A stretch of DNA of 50,413 bases, the filler included, from Catajapyx aquilonaris (taxonomy: Eukaryota): the NCBI GenBank assembly GCA_000934665.2. It is 2 parts of 2 records of this genome, joined end to end, with 100 filler letters (N's around TTAATTAATTAA, not from the genome) between each part and the next. Parts side by side here need not be neighbours in the genome. Positions count along the whole stretch, not along the records: positions 31,001 to 50,413 come from JYFJ02006465.1; 1 more part is not named here. One strand, written 5' to 3'. The notes beneath the pieces were generated by a model. The model was not told the DNA's origin. It did no database searches and worked only from the letters and a program-made list of their open reading frames with translations. The position numbers and the translations under genes are program-made. Numbering within the stretch: the stretch's first letter is position 1; each line of letters opens with the position of its first letter. Of this stretch, positions 30,901 to 43,585 are shown piece after piece.

Positions 30901-31000
30901 NNNNNNNNNNNNNNNNNNNNNNNNNNNNNNNNNNNNNNNNNNNNTTAATTAATTAANNNNNNNNNNNNNNNNNNNNNNNNNNNNNNNNNNNNNNNNNNNN
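30901..31000. other. Artificial assembly spacer (N44 + TTAATTAATTAA + N44)
   Basis: Exactly 100 nt with a central palindromic 12-mer giving stop codons in all six frames. Unrelated genes are cut mid-exon on either side. Confidence 0.92.
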
Positions 31001-34000
31001 TTTGGAGGCTATTCACTTGCCAGGGGCCCACTTAATGATATTAGGGAATTTGACACCAAAAACAACACCTGGGTTCAGGTAGGCATTTTGTGATTAAATT
31101 TTTTTTAGTGGCAGTAGGAAACAATATAAGTTGGGATTCATGTGAAAGTACTTGGTAAATGAAGAGTTTAACATCAATTCTTGCTTTAGAAGCCCTTAAT
31201 ATTTTACTAGTTACCTTCCTGTAACCGAAATTGCTACTTTGAAACAGTGAGTAGTGAGTAGTGAATTGTACTGACCATTTCTTGATCAGGTGACAGTCCA
31301 AGTTCATCCTGGTGAATTAGAAATGCCACCAGAGCGTTACTTCCATGCAGGGGAATATGTCCCAACCCAGAAGGAGCTTTATGTGTATGGAGGCCTGGGC
31401 AAGGACAGCATCTTCTTGTCTGACTTTTGGAAGTTTAATATCAATACACGCAAGTGGACACGCATTCAGACAAGTGATGAGTCCCCTCTCCCTCTTGCTG
31501 GACATACGTTGACATGGAGGAGGGGAGGTGGGCCACAGAGCCTAGTTCTCATTGGTGGATTCAGTCCAGAATATGGTTTTCTAGACAAAACATTTGAGTA
31601 TGACCTAGAAGTTGGGCTCTGGACAGTCCTGAATGTCTCTGGAAATGTGCCTATTGGTGAGATCCTATTACATTATTCCCTTACACTACATTCACACCAT
31701 TATTAACCAATTTTTTAAATAGGTGTGTATGGCCATAGTACAGTCTACCACGAACCAACCAATACCTTCTATGTGTTTGGAGGCATTCTGTACAAAATAA
31801 ACAGGACCATAGTGTCGAATGAACTGTATGCTCTTAACTACAACACACGTCGTTGGACCGTCCTTCCAGCTAATAAAGACTACAATCCCCTGGATCTCAA
31901 TCTGGTAGGATGAGAAGCATTTATGTGATTTATTTTGCAACTCTCATGTGTAATTTTCTTGTAGCCTCCTCGAAGATTTCTTCATTCAGCTGTAACAATG
32001 GACAACTACATGGTGATCATGGGAGGACAGTCAGACTCTCTCAATGCCAGTGAATGGATTGTGGCTTATAAATACTCCTGCAACTTATGGGTTCGTCTTT
32101 TACAAGAAGGTGAGGCTTAATCCTTGTGTATTTGTAGGATACTGAATTGTTGTGTATTAGTTAACACTTTTGGGCAACATGCAGGACAATATATTTCATT
32201 GCATGTCCTGGTCAACAATAAATAAAGTAGAAGTAGACTTGTTGCCAAAGCGAACATGTATGTTTTATTACTCAGGAGCATTCAAGGGAGACCCTTCCAT
32301 GACAGTGGTTCACAATTTTTGGCACTGTATTTTCATGCAGGTACTTTTAACTTGGCTATCAACAGTATTACCTTCGATATTCTGTCGAAGTGAATCATCT
32401 ATCCAAGATTTGAATGTCAGTATTTCAATATGTTAATGACACGCTGGAACAATTGGCGTCAAATGTTAAGAATCAATATTTGCAGGACACATCCAGGCAT
32501 TAAAATGGATGGACGTGCACAACCTAATATTACCAACTGATTCTAATAGGCGGTAAAAGTAATTGCCTAAAAATAAACTTATTAGTGCATAAAAAGCCAC
32601 GAACCACTACAAAATTAGAACACTCCCAAAAATAATTGCCACTGAATAGTTTTTTTCTTTCATATGTATGTGTAATATGTGTAGCTTTTATTCTACCTTT
32701 TCCATTGTCTTTGCATACATTCATTGCATGTGTCATTTTAGATTTGGATATTGTTGGGTTGAGGCCACCCAGCACAATAGCTCAGGCAGCAACCCAGAAT
32801 TTCCCAAATGGACCTATTTACATAATGGGAGGATTTGATGGTGCAGCTGTGGGTCAAGTGACACGTTTGGATCTCCCATCTGATCTTTGCCAGCTGTGGA
32901 GTCAGTCTAAGAGCTGGTGCAAGGGTACACCTGGATGCTCTTACTGTGTGGTACACCAATCTGGTGACAGAAATGTCACTTTTTGTTCTGATGGAAGTGC
33001 CCCCATTCCTTTTGCGTAAGTTGCAGAGATTCATAAATGCAGGGTTTGAGTTTTCCTAAAGATGTTGTTTAATTGGTTGTGAAAATCATTAAAATCATCC
33101 TAAAAAATATGCAATGGTGCAACCAACCCATTGTGGGAAGGTGAAGGGACTGGGTCAGCAGATGCAATAGCTCTGGCTGCAATGTAGTGGAAACAACTAA
33201 TAGAGCTAATAGAGCTACAACTAATAGAGCTACCAAATAATTCAGTATTGGCAGTTGCAAGTGCATATTTCTCAACAGCTGACAGATTATGCTGACACTT
33301 TTGTTCTCTTCACAGATGTGAATCCCACTCTTCACATGAATATTCAAAAGGTGTGGTGTGCAACACAGATTGGCTGAGCAAGCGCAATTGCTACCAATAC
33401 AGTAGCTGCAGTGAGTGTGTAGCAGAGTGGCCATCCCACCCATCATCCCAGCCTGCCTGTCAGTGGTGCACCAACTGTCACATTGGGCGCTGCATCCCAT
33501 TTCGTGCAGACTGCCATCAGGAGAATATCTGCACCCTAAAGCAGCGTGTCACCTTAGAGGCTGAACATTGCCCTGAAAGACTGTGTCCTGCTTCCGACTG
33601 TGATAAGTGCGCTGAGATTGGGAAGTGCATATGGACAAGGCATGTTCTCCGATCCAGTGAGCTGAGCCGGAAACTACATCCAAAAGCAGTTTATGCCTGG
33701 AATTGTGTGCGGAAGACTATCCGGGACCATTCTTCTTTCCGGGTCACATCGATGCCACCTGATGCATGCCCTGCTAGGTGTCACGAGCACTTAGACTGCA
33801 AGGCATGCCTTGAATCAAGTGGGGCAGAGGGAGGTTGGCATGAATGCAGATGGAGCACAACACTTAAGGAGGTAGGCTGAAAGAAGGTTGCATGTTTAGT
33901 CAGAGTCAAAGTGGAAGGGGTATATTGTTTCTGTTTCAATTAATTGCTTTGCATTCTTTTTAGTGCATATCACCAAGTTACCAGCCACTGCGATGTGCTG

Positions 34001-37000
34001 GAGGTGTTTGTGGTGCTGTTGTACAAGGGTCACCTGACAAGTGTCCACAACCATGCGAGTCTTTTACCCAGTGCTCCCACTGCCTTCAACAACCGCGTTG
34101 TGGGTTAGTATATAAGAAATAGAACAGACTTGTTCAAGTTTTCCACTCCAATTTCATCATGAAATCTAATGATGCAGGTGGTGCTCAAATGACGGAGGAC
34201 CCCTGATGGGAATGGGAAATTGCACAGAGGGAACTCTAGAAGGACCCAGGATAGGATCATGTGATCTGATGAACTTCACATATTCCCATGAGCTGACCAG
34301 TACATAGCATTTTATGATCAGGGAGATTATTAAGAACATGGGTTTTGAAATCACAATTATTTTCCAACAGATGAAGCCAACTTTCGCACCAATTCAGGGA
34401 AAGTTCCTGGACTTGGGCCATCACTTCTACCAACCTCTTGGCACTACGCCAAGTGTCCACCAGAGGATGAGTGCAGGAATGGTCACCACACTTGCAACAA
34501 CCAGTCAGAGAAGTGTGTGGATCGGCAGGAAGCCTTCGAATGCATCTGCAGTGAGGGATATAAGCTTGAGGGGTGAGGAACTTGCACTTTACTGCAGCTC
34601 ATTTCGCATACAATGCATGGCATCAAAAAGAAAATGCGACACCTACCATGTCATTAAGCAGATATTTATTTAAGAGTTGCTCGTGTGTGTATGTGCAGGG
34701 AAAAGTGCTCTCCAGTTTGCTCCTTGGGCTGCGTCCACGGCAACTGTATTGAGCCAGATAGATGCGAGTGCCATTTTGGTTATGTTGGGGTCAACTGCAG
34801 CATACAGTGCCAGTGCAATGGTCATGCAAACTGCCATGGACCTGATGCCCTTGATAAATGTCTGCAATGCCACAACAACACAATGGTAATGTGGAGCAAA
34901 AGTTCCCCTATCCATTTCGCTCCTCTGAAGTAGTGTAGATCTATTTCTTCGGATTCTCATGACCCTTTGCTGTGCATAGTACAGTACCAATGGGAATCCA
35001 AGGGATCTGTACTATTTTAAAGAAGTGAAAAGGACAGCCAGTAGGAAGTAGAATAAAAACTATTGAATCACCATAACAACGATGTGTCATTTTCAGGGTG
35101 AACAATGTGAGAAGTGCAAACCATTATTTGTGGGGGATCCCAGAAACAATGGCCAATGTATTTCATGCTTTGAGTATTGCAATGGTCACACAAACCTTTG
35201 CTTTGGAGAAGGTGCTCACTTCAACACTTCTCTTACTGTGAGTAACCTTTTTATTACAACAGAGTGTGGACCCAAATTGAATTTCACAGTGACCCTGAAC
35301 ATCCAATGGACATACTTTTATATTTTTTACAGGCAGAAGGGGTTGAAGTACTGGGTCTTCATCTTCAAGAGGGACCCCTCAGTGGCGCCAGCTGCATTGG
35401 TTGTCGGAACCTCACAACAGGAGAGAAGTGTGAGAAATGCATTGTAGGAAATTTCCGTGGATCTGATGACAAACGGGAGGTGTGCAGACCATGCGAGTGC
35501 CATGGCCATGGGGATACCTGTGATCCCATGACTGGGGAAAACTGCAATTGCCAGAATAACACAGAGTCGGATCCCCAGTGCCAACAAGGGAACAGTAAAA
35601 ACTCCAATCAACAGTGTTGGAGGCTCCAATGTTCTAAATGCAAGGAGTATTATCTGGGAACTCCCACACATGGGCATCAGTGCTACAGGCAGATGATGGT
35701 TGACACTGACTTCTGCTTTGACCCCAAGACACAGGGTAAGTGCAATAGATGGATTAGCAGGATGCCACAGTTCTTTATATTCAGTGTTCATTTTTGTAGT
35801 GCCAAGAGGCCAGATTTCAATGACACTTTTTCGCTTCATGGTAACTTTTGTCGTCAAAATGAAAATACATATATTTTAGAATTGTATCTTCAGTGTTACA
35901 AAATGTTAGGATATGCAAGAAAATCATGAAGGGCATGTGGTGTTATTTATAGTAATGCCAAAACAAGCATCAACCCAAGTGGTATAGTAGTCACTCTCCT
36001 CAAAAAACTACACCAGCTCTCTTGAATTGCGGCTCTCCTCGGCTCGGTGCGGAATCGGTGAGTCAGTAAGACTGTGGGTGAGCCTGTGCATACTCACTGG
36101 TGAGCCAAGGAGAGCCAGGGTGAACATCAACCACTTGTTCTGGGCTTACTGTCTATCACATAATGGGGCCTGGGAGATGTAAAGATGTAAGTTCAGTGTT
36201 AGAACATAACATTGCTGTTTAATTCTAGAACTATGTGCAATGAAGCCTCAACCACTCTACCCTGGTCGCACTGTGTTCTTTGCGGTACAGCCCAAATTTA
36301 TGAATGTGAACATCCGCATAGTTATTGACGTTACACAAGGTGGGGTGGATCTCTACTTCAGTCCCAAAGATGACGCATTTGTGGTCAGTGTGAACCAGAG
36401 CACAGGACTTCATGAGGTAAGTGCTCTTTGGTTTTGTATCGTTGGAAAAATGCTGTATGGTGATTATAAAAATGTGTTTGTTGCTTCCTCTGAATTTGTA
36501 GATTATAAAATGGAAAGCTAATTATTTTTTGGTATACAGGGTGGTCAGTAAATGGCGCACAAGCTTCAGGTAGCAAGATTCCGTGTGAAAAACCAGTATA
36601 TGTAAGTGAAGGTCCTGTTGCTCTACGATGCCTGGTTAGGGCTCACGAGACCTCCAAAGTTCGGGCCAAATCATGATGTCACATGCGCCAGCGAAATTCA
36701 AACGCTACCGTATCTTTACTGTCTCTACAGACAGTAGAGATACGGTACTGTTTGAATTTCGCGGGTCATGATTGTGACCCATGATTGTGACGTCATAATT
36801 TGGCCCAAACTTTGGCGACCTCGTGAGCCCTAACCAGGCATCGTAGGGTAATAGGACTTTCACTTCCATATACTGGTTTTTCACAAGGACTCTCGCTACC
36901 TGAAGCTTGTGGGCCATTTACGGACCACCCTATATATTTGCTCTTTGGGAAACCTGATATTAAGTCAATATGTTTATTATCAACTCAGACTTACGATACA

Positions 37001-38554
37001 CTGATTGAGCTACACACTGGCACTAACTAGAGTCTCATGTGAGCTCTACCCACATTCTGAAAAAGCTCCTCAATCCTGGTTTTATCTAACGTAGTTACAG
37101 TGTAAGCTTGCCAGAGAGAAAGCGTCTCTTCTGTAGCCAACACACAGGTGTTATCCTTTTATGACCAAACCCACATTTCACTGCTTTACATGAAGGATGG
37201 ATCTACAATTTCATTGCTGGATTAATTTTTAGGAAATTTCTTCCATTTCATGACCAAAGTAATTCAAGCTTCTTATGCAGGTTGAATTTGATGCCAAGTA
37301 TGGCATCCAACTAGGACCTGAGCCACCTCTGTTTCCTCCCTCAGCCCTTCCCTCCTCTTCTGCCCCTTCATCTTCTCCTCGTAGTGCTTCCCTTCTTCGT
37401 GAGTCTGATCCAACTTTGCAACAACCTCACTCATCACAGGCACCACCCAACCACTCATCAGCATCATCTTCCTCTTCCTCATCCTCTATGACCTCTTCCA
37501 ACTCAACCCTCTCCCCTCCCCAACTCTACCATGTTCTGGAGCGAGAGGCTGAGGGACTGACTACCCATATAAGCATCGAGGACCCACATGCTTTTCTGGT
37601 GGTTCGCAACCTCCAAAACCGCCTGGTTGTGTCACTGCCGCAGGACAGGCATGACTTGAGATCAACACGCTTTTATTTGGCTCTCAGAGGAGTTGGATCG
37701 GTCAACTCAGAGGTGTCATTTGGAACCGTGTTCTTCCGACAGGACCAGCTTCACATAGACCTGTTTGTGTTCTTCTCTGTGTTCTTTTCCTGTTTCTTCT
37801 TGTTCCTGGCTGTATGTGTGGTAGTCTGGAAGGTCAAACAGGCAGTCGACCTACGAAGGGCCAGGAGGAGACATGTTGTTGAGATGTTGCATATGGCCAA
37901 GAGACCTTTTGCTTGCGTCACCTGCGTCATTGAGCAGGTAAGGAAATTATTCGAAAATTTTGTCATGACTCCAAAGACAAGGACAATATTGTAATTCAAT
38001 TTTCATATTTGAACACCATTCTTTACATATGCCATGAAAATTTCTGGTTTATCATCTTGATTTGTGGTTTGAAACATGTGAGTTTCATTGTGCTGAATTT
38101 TTGTCTTCAGGAGGTGACATTGGATTCTCCACCCATGCCCGCTCCTCCTCCTCCTGCCCCTCCTGTGGCTGCTTCTTCTCCCTTGCGCCGCCCTAAGAGA
38201 CGGCCCAATAAGCACCAGCAGTCATCTCTAGGAGTCAATCCTCAGGGAGGTGCTGCATCCTCCTTAGACATCCCTTCACCAAAGTGGCACCCAGAAGATT
38301 CGCAGCAGTCTCAACACTGCCAGGCATTGCACAATGCAGGACTTCAACAGCACCGGTTCGAGGTGCACCCAGTTGCTATAGAACCAACCGATGATGGTGT
38401 TGCTGCAGTTGCGACCACATTTGTGCAGTTACCTGGTGGGAGGGAAGCACCAGTGAGACTGGCTCTCGCTTCAGGACTGGTGCTTCTCTCAAGGGTGTAC
38501 CCACCTGCCAGCAGGGCATTTCTGAGGCGGAGGGCAAGTCATCTTGGAACCTAA
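31001..38554 (+). CDS. MEGF8: Multiple EGF-like domains protein 8 (attractin-related), 5'-truncated; last 15 exons (~1361 aa: kelch, PSI, EGF, laminin-EGF, TM, cytoplasmic tail)
   Basis: Phase-consistent GT-AG exons: 31001-31078, 31290-31656, 31723-31904, 31965-32109, 32742-33015, 33316-33871, 33964-34103, 34178-34299, 34371-34572, 34699-34885, 35097-35237, 35333-35735, 36229-36416, 37281-37937, 38111-38554. Kelch motifs (LYVYGG, LVLIGG, FYVFGG), Cys-rich PSI/EGF repeats, FRQDQLHIDLFVFFSVFFSCFFLFLAVCVVVW TM segment, MAKRPFA and PVAIEPTDDGVAAVAT tail motifs. Confidence 0.93.
36537..36932. mobile_element. Tc1/mariner-type foldback MITE in a MEGF8 intron
   Basis: TA|CAGGGTGGTCAGTAAATGGC ... GCCATTTACGGACCACCCTA|TA; imperfect inverted arms of ~150 bp plus an inner inverted pair. 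Confidence 0.85.
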
Positions 38555-41065
38555 ACCTGCAAGAGGTCTATTTTTGCAGTCTACTATAAGTACGGGTCTA
38601 TGTGTGCGTTGGGAGAGTGGGGCAAAGTCATGAAGACTGTAGTCTTTTGCAAAGGAGTTGTGATCTGGTATCAAACCGTGTCTTTGTGAAGAGTTGCATA
38701 TGAGGGCATTTTAAAACTTCTTATCAAGTTTGTATAATTAACTGTAGTATCCATAGCCTGTCAAAAGTAACCTTATTAGACTGACCAGGGTTCTGGTTAC
38801 CTTTGAAATACTTTTTACCCTATTTTGAGTAGCTGGTACTACCTTATGTAATTGTTTAGTCGCATCTGTCACTTCTAGGATTTAAGTTTAGGTGTCATTC
38901 CTGAGTTTGTGTTTGAAACATGTACATCTTTAGCGGCTAGCTTGCTAGCAATAATACATTAATTTTTCTAGAGTTTTTCCTCTACCATGCTACCTGATCA
39001 TTAATTTGTGGTCCAGCCTAGTTATGTTATTTCCATATACAGCAGCTTTAGCAAATAACCTTTTAAGAAGACACGGTATGTTTGACACCTACTTCAATGT
39101 GCAAAACCAAAGGTCATAATAAGGGTGCCCCTTTCAGTAAGAGACTAAATTAGCATAAAAGAAGATAAAGACAGAAAAGGGTGGATATTTTGTGTCCGTC
39201 CACATGTGCATCTTGGTACCTGGTGTGGAGGGGAGCCAAGCCCATTCGCAGTATTACTATGGTCAGGTGTTTTAAGGAAAGGGCTGCTTCTTCTCGCTCA
39301 TTGTCACAATTACAATCTTCTTCATTGTTTTACTGTTGCTTACTCGATCTCTCTTGTGAAGTTTGTTTTATATCCTAATTTATTTGCCTTTGCACAAGCC
39401 CAGAGTAATTCCAAGTCAGTGTGGTGTGGACTGGTGGCATTCGGCTGCATTTTATTATTGATGCTACTTCTGTAACATTTTAAAATATTTGATGGGAATT
39501 TTGACAGTTGGGATAGTCACACTACAAATTTATCCTCAATAGTCCATGTTCATTTATTGAAGCACTTGGAAATTTCATGACTGTTACATCCCACTGTATT
39601 TAAGCCCACCTGCATTAACTTGTTTTGGAGTTCTGACTTTTCCTTACACAGGAATTTCAGTGCTATGTTTAATGACAAAACCTAAATTTACTATCGTTTG
39701 TTCAGCGAAAGAATTCCAAGACGTCACTCTCTTGAACAATGAATGACTTTCAGGTTTCCTGGCAACTCATAAAGATGGGAATTGTGAGTGGGGGTTATTC
39801 ATTGCTAGAGAAAGTGATGTCGTGGAATTGTTTTGCTAAACAAAATAATGATGCTTAATGGCTGGAAAATCTGTTGTGGCCCTATTTCCAAGAACTCCCT
39901 TTGATTATTTATTTCTCTTGTGTTGGCTTGTGGGCACATGACAGTCTCTGATGTATTGTGCTGGCCAGACTTTTAAATGCTAATGTTGCACCTCAATGGG
40001 GAACCGTGGGGAACAACCTCAGTGGCAATCCATATACTGTATGAATTTTTGGTAAGGAGAGGTCAGTACGAAAAATTAAGATAATGTGTGATGGGTTGTG
40101 GTCATAGCAATAACTAATCAACATCAAATTCTATATATCACATAACTTCATGGAAAGTTTAATAATAATTGGTTCTACCTTGTAATATTATTTTTTCCAC
40201 ACAACTACTACAGTGTTGTGATCCTGTCTTGTCAAGTTGTTTATTTGTGACTTGGTGCCATAACAGTGGAGATGAGTGTATGATAAAACACTTGAAAGGA
40301 GGACCTTGTAATGAAGGAGTGTGCCATAATAAGAGTTATTTCCAGTGTGTGTGGTGTGCAGGTGTGTGGATGTGGCGTGCAGGACTTGCATATATTTTAT
40401 TTCTTTTTTTTTTAGGTTGTGTTTTTGTGGGTTGACTTCCAGTCTGGTGATAATGAAATGCTCAGAGCCTTGTAAATTATTTTCTTTTCATCTGTGTGAT
40501 GATCATTTAGCTCACCTTCCTAGCTGCCAACATGTCAGTTTTTCGCTGCAAATGTAAATAAGCAGTGCTGCCAACAATAAGTTGGACAGTCCACTCATGT
40601 AGTTATGTACAGTAACATGTGTACCTTATCCTAATTATTGGTTTACCTCAGTTCATCAGTTAAACTGAGCTGTACAGCATGCAGGCTTTTACAGAGTGAA
40701 CACTCTTATCATGATGAAGTCAATAATATGGCCATAATATTATTATAACGAATACTAATAAAAAAAAGATAAAAGTTTAAAAGCCATCCATAGAACATAA
40801 CTTGTGACTTTCCCCTTAGTGACTAGAATATACCAGAGAAGACGGTTTTAAATGAAATACATATGCTGTCAAAAATATGTAGCCATATTTTGCCAGTTGC
40901 ACATTTTGATACTTATATCCTGTGTATTAGTGGATAGAATGTTAATTTGTGTTTTTGGGGGAGGGGGAGATTTGGCTGTACCGGTAAATAATGTGTTCCG
41001 TGATGATTGTGATGTTACAAAATGGATTTCTCACCCTGTAAATAAACACAGATGAGGGCAAAAAC
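38555..41065 (+). other. Probable long MEGF8 3'UTR with polyadenylation signals
   Basis: TG-rich, CpG-poor, no credible ORF after the stop codon. AATAAA at 40757 and 41041, just before an abrupt switch to a CpG island. Confidence 0.5.
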
Positions 41066-41094
41066 AAGTCATTAATTAATACACCCTAACGTGC

Positions 41095-41700
41095 TCATAT
41101 GTGGCGCGCATTTTTGTTGATCACGTTGCAATTAGAGACGATGGCGGTAGTAGACTCGATACAAGAGTGAGGGAGGGAGAGGGAGGGAGGGAACTGGGAA
41201 GGCAGGAAGAGGGAGGGAGAGAGGAAAGATGGCGGATTTGGCTTCCGCTGGCGGCGTGTATTAACCATACTGGACGACGAACCGTTCACGACGGGTACGT
41301 GCCTGCCAGTCCGTGGTATTCGTAGACCCAGAGGTACTCCGCTCGGAGGATGCTGATCACGGATGGCGACAGCAAGGGAGGCGGTGGTGGTGGTAGCGGC
41401 AGGAGGAGCTGCCCCTTGTCCGCCCCCGATCCGGAGACGGGCCGACTCATGGAGGAGCTGGATAGCCTGGCGGAAGAGTTCTTGGGCGGAGGAGTGGAAA
41501 GCGTAGGATCGTCCGTCTTCTCGGGTTAGTCATGTCCTGAAGGAATTTGGGGCAGTGTGCACCAAGGAACGATGTATTTCCTCGGCTGATTGAGGGGGCG
41601 GGGGAGGGGAAGGCACAGACTGATCGAAAACATGCGGTTCCGCGGCCCTTGCCATGTAGGGCCGCCTTCCAACCAGAGCATGAGCAATACAAATCCAAGG
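41095..41700 (+). promoter_or_regulatory. CpG-island-like promoter of a downstream gene
   Basis: Sharp local rise in GC and CpG against CpG-depleted flanks; YY1-type AAGATGGCGG at 41226-41235; GA-rich tract 41168-41227. Confidence 0.55.
41350..41524 (+). CDS. Putative first coding exon of an unidentified gene (MLITDGDSKGGGGGGSGRRSCPLSAPDPETGRLMEELDSLAEEFLGGGVESVGSSVFS...)
   Basis: AGGATGC start inside the CpG island, GC3-rich codons, donor G|GTTAGT at 41525. A phase-compatible candidate exon 2 lies at 42121-42213 (ARKRARNTTNIQQILDITVFKDPWKSACYNE). No family recognised. Confidence 0.4.
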
Positions 41701-42634
41701 ATGTACAGTTGCCTTTAAAATTCCCACAGAAACCAGTGAGAACTAATAGTATGTTCTAAACGAATACGGTGTGGTCCCTGTGTGGTGTAAGTGCGGCATG
41801 TTCCAATTAAATGGCTAGTGGTTAGAAAATTTTAACCCTAAGCAGTTGATTTGAAGTCATTTCGTATCTAGTTAAGTGTAGTTACTCTTGCCAGTTATCA
41901 AAGTCATTTGCTGCGAATATTAGGCCACGTTACATCATCCATCCCAGCTCTGATATGATTGGAACATGCCATTGATTGCAATAATATTTGGCAGTCTGCT
42001 TACGCATTGTTGTGCTACTTTTATGCACTAACCCCTTTTCAACTTCCAAAAAGCCGAGTTTTTACTCCACCTTATTACCGACACATAATGGCCTTTGTGT
42101 CTGTCTGTTCATCCGTGAAGCTAGAAAACGTGCCAGGAACACCACAAATATACAGCAGATTCTAGATATAACAGTCTTCAAGGATCCATGGAAGTCAGCC
42201 TGCTATAACGAAGGTCTGCTATAGCCAACTGTATTTGTCAATTCAGGTGCTACATCAGTGACCCAGTGCGTATGCCCAGATTATGATTTTCCTATTCAAT
42301 CAGGCAGAAAGAATTTTAGTATGATTTTTATGGGACTTGTTTGTAACCATGCTCGTGCATCATTCTTTAGCACTTTTTCATATGGCTGATCTTTGTGTGT
42401 GAGAGGTAACTCAATCAGGAGTAATTTTGCCAATTGTTGGCAACAAAAATTACCTTTTTTTCTGTCCTTCTCTTCATCTCTATTTCCATGTTCCTTAGAT
42501 CACTCGTAACTCATAAGGACCATTAATTTTTGTCTGCAATTTGTTTTTGAGCTCGAGGCAATCAAACAACCAAAATCCTCAAATATATGGTGTTTTCCCC
42601 AATCAAGTGGGCCTAAATGTTGCTAGACCATCTC

Positions 42635-43585
42635 AGATTTTGCTGAAAGAAATCACAGCTGTACACACCTATGTCATAACACTGCATATCAAGTTTCAGC
42701 CAAATTTTGCAATACTGTGGGGAGGGGGAAAAAAATAGTGCAATTTTGGATATATATTTTTTCAGTTAATGTTAGTAGTCAAAACCCAATCAACATGAAC
42801 TACATCAAAGATCAAATGAAAGAGAAAGACGAGGAGAATGCGTCAATGGAATTTGTTTTCCACGAAAATGTAACCAGAAAAATGTGTGTGGCATTCCATC
42901 TGTCACAATCTCAGTCACATGTCCCAAGTATTTAGACCCCAACAATTAGTGATGTATTTTGAGTGAGAGCAGCCATATTTGGTGACAAGAGTTGTGACCC
43001 ACACAGGATTTATTATGTTAAGTTTCAAACCTGGGTCATGCATGGCTCTGCGAGAAAATAATAGATGTTTTGTAGATAAATTATACTATTAATTTTAAAG
43101 GACTCGAATTATTTGACATGTGACCGATCGAATGCCACACACATTTTTCAGGTTACATTTCAGAGGAAAGCAAATTTCATAGGTGCATTCTCCTCATGGT
43201 TCTCTTTCATTTGATGTAGCCTATATGTTGATTAGCTTTTGACCACTTAAGGCCGGTATCCACGTACGAGATTCTCACATTCGAGGAGCCGCGAGGAGAC
43301 AACTGCGCATGCCCAGATACGAGAAAGTTGAAAATTTTCAACTTTTTCCCCTTTTCTCGTATCTGGGCATGCGCAGTTGGCTCCTCGCGGCTCCTCGTAT
43401 GCAAGAATCTCGTACGTGGATACCGGCCCTTACACTAACTGGAAAAAAATTGTCCAAAAAAGGCCCGATTTCCACAATTTCGCGATTTTTTCCCTCTCCA
43501 TGGTATTTCGCAATTTGGCTGAAACTTGATATGCAATGTTACGGCATGGGTGTGTACAACTGAGATTTTTTCAGCGAAATATGGA
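42635..43585. mobile_element. Old foldback DNA element with ~270-bp inverted arms
   Basis: 42635-42910 is the diverged reverse complement of 43115-43585 once the nested insert is removed (e.g. GCATATCAAGTTTCAGCCAAATT / AATTTGGCTGAAACTTGATATGC). Confidence 0.75.
43250..43429. mobile_element. 180-bp PIF/Harbinger-like hairpin MITE nested in the foldback element
   Basis: TTA TSD (43247-49, 43430-32), confirmed against the empty site in the host's left arm; TIR GGCCGGTATCCACGTACGAGATTCT; almost fully palindromic. Confidence 0.85.

Noticed and set aside
30945..30956. TTAATTAATTAA as a biological palindrome or piggyBac site
   Set aside because: Symmetrically embedded in Ns; an assembly linker.
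33069..35857. Minus-strand ORFs overlapping MEGF8 (and + strand ORFs over Pak3, - strand ORFs over GT92)
   Set aside because: Antisense shadows of real coding exons.
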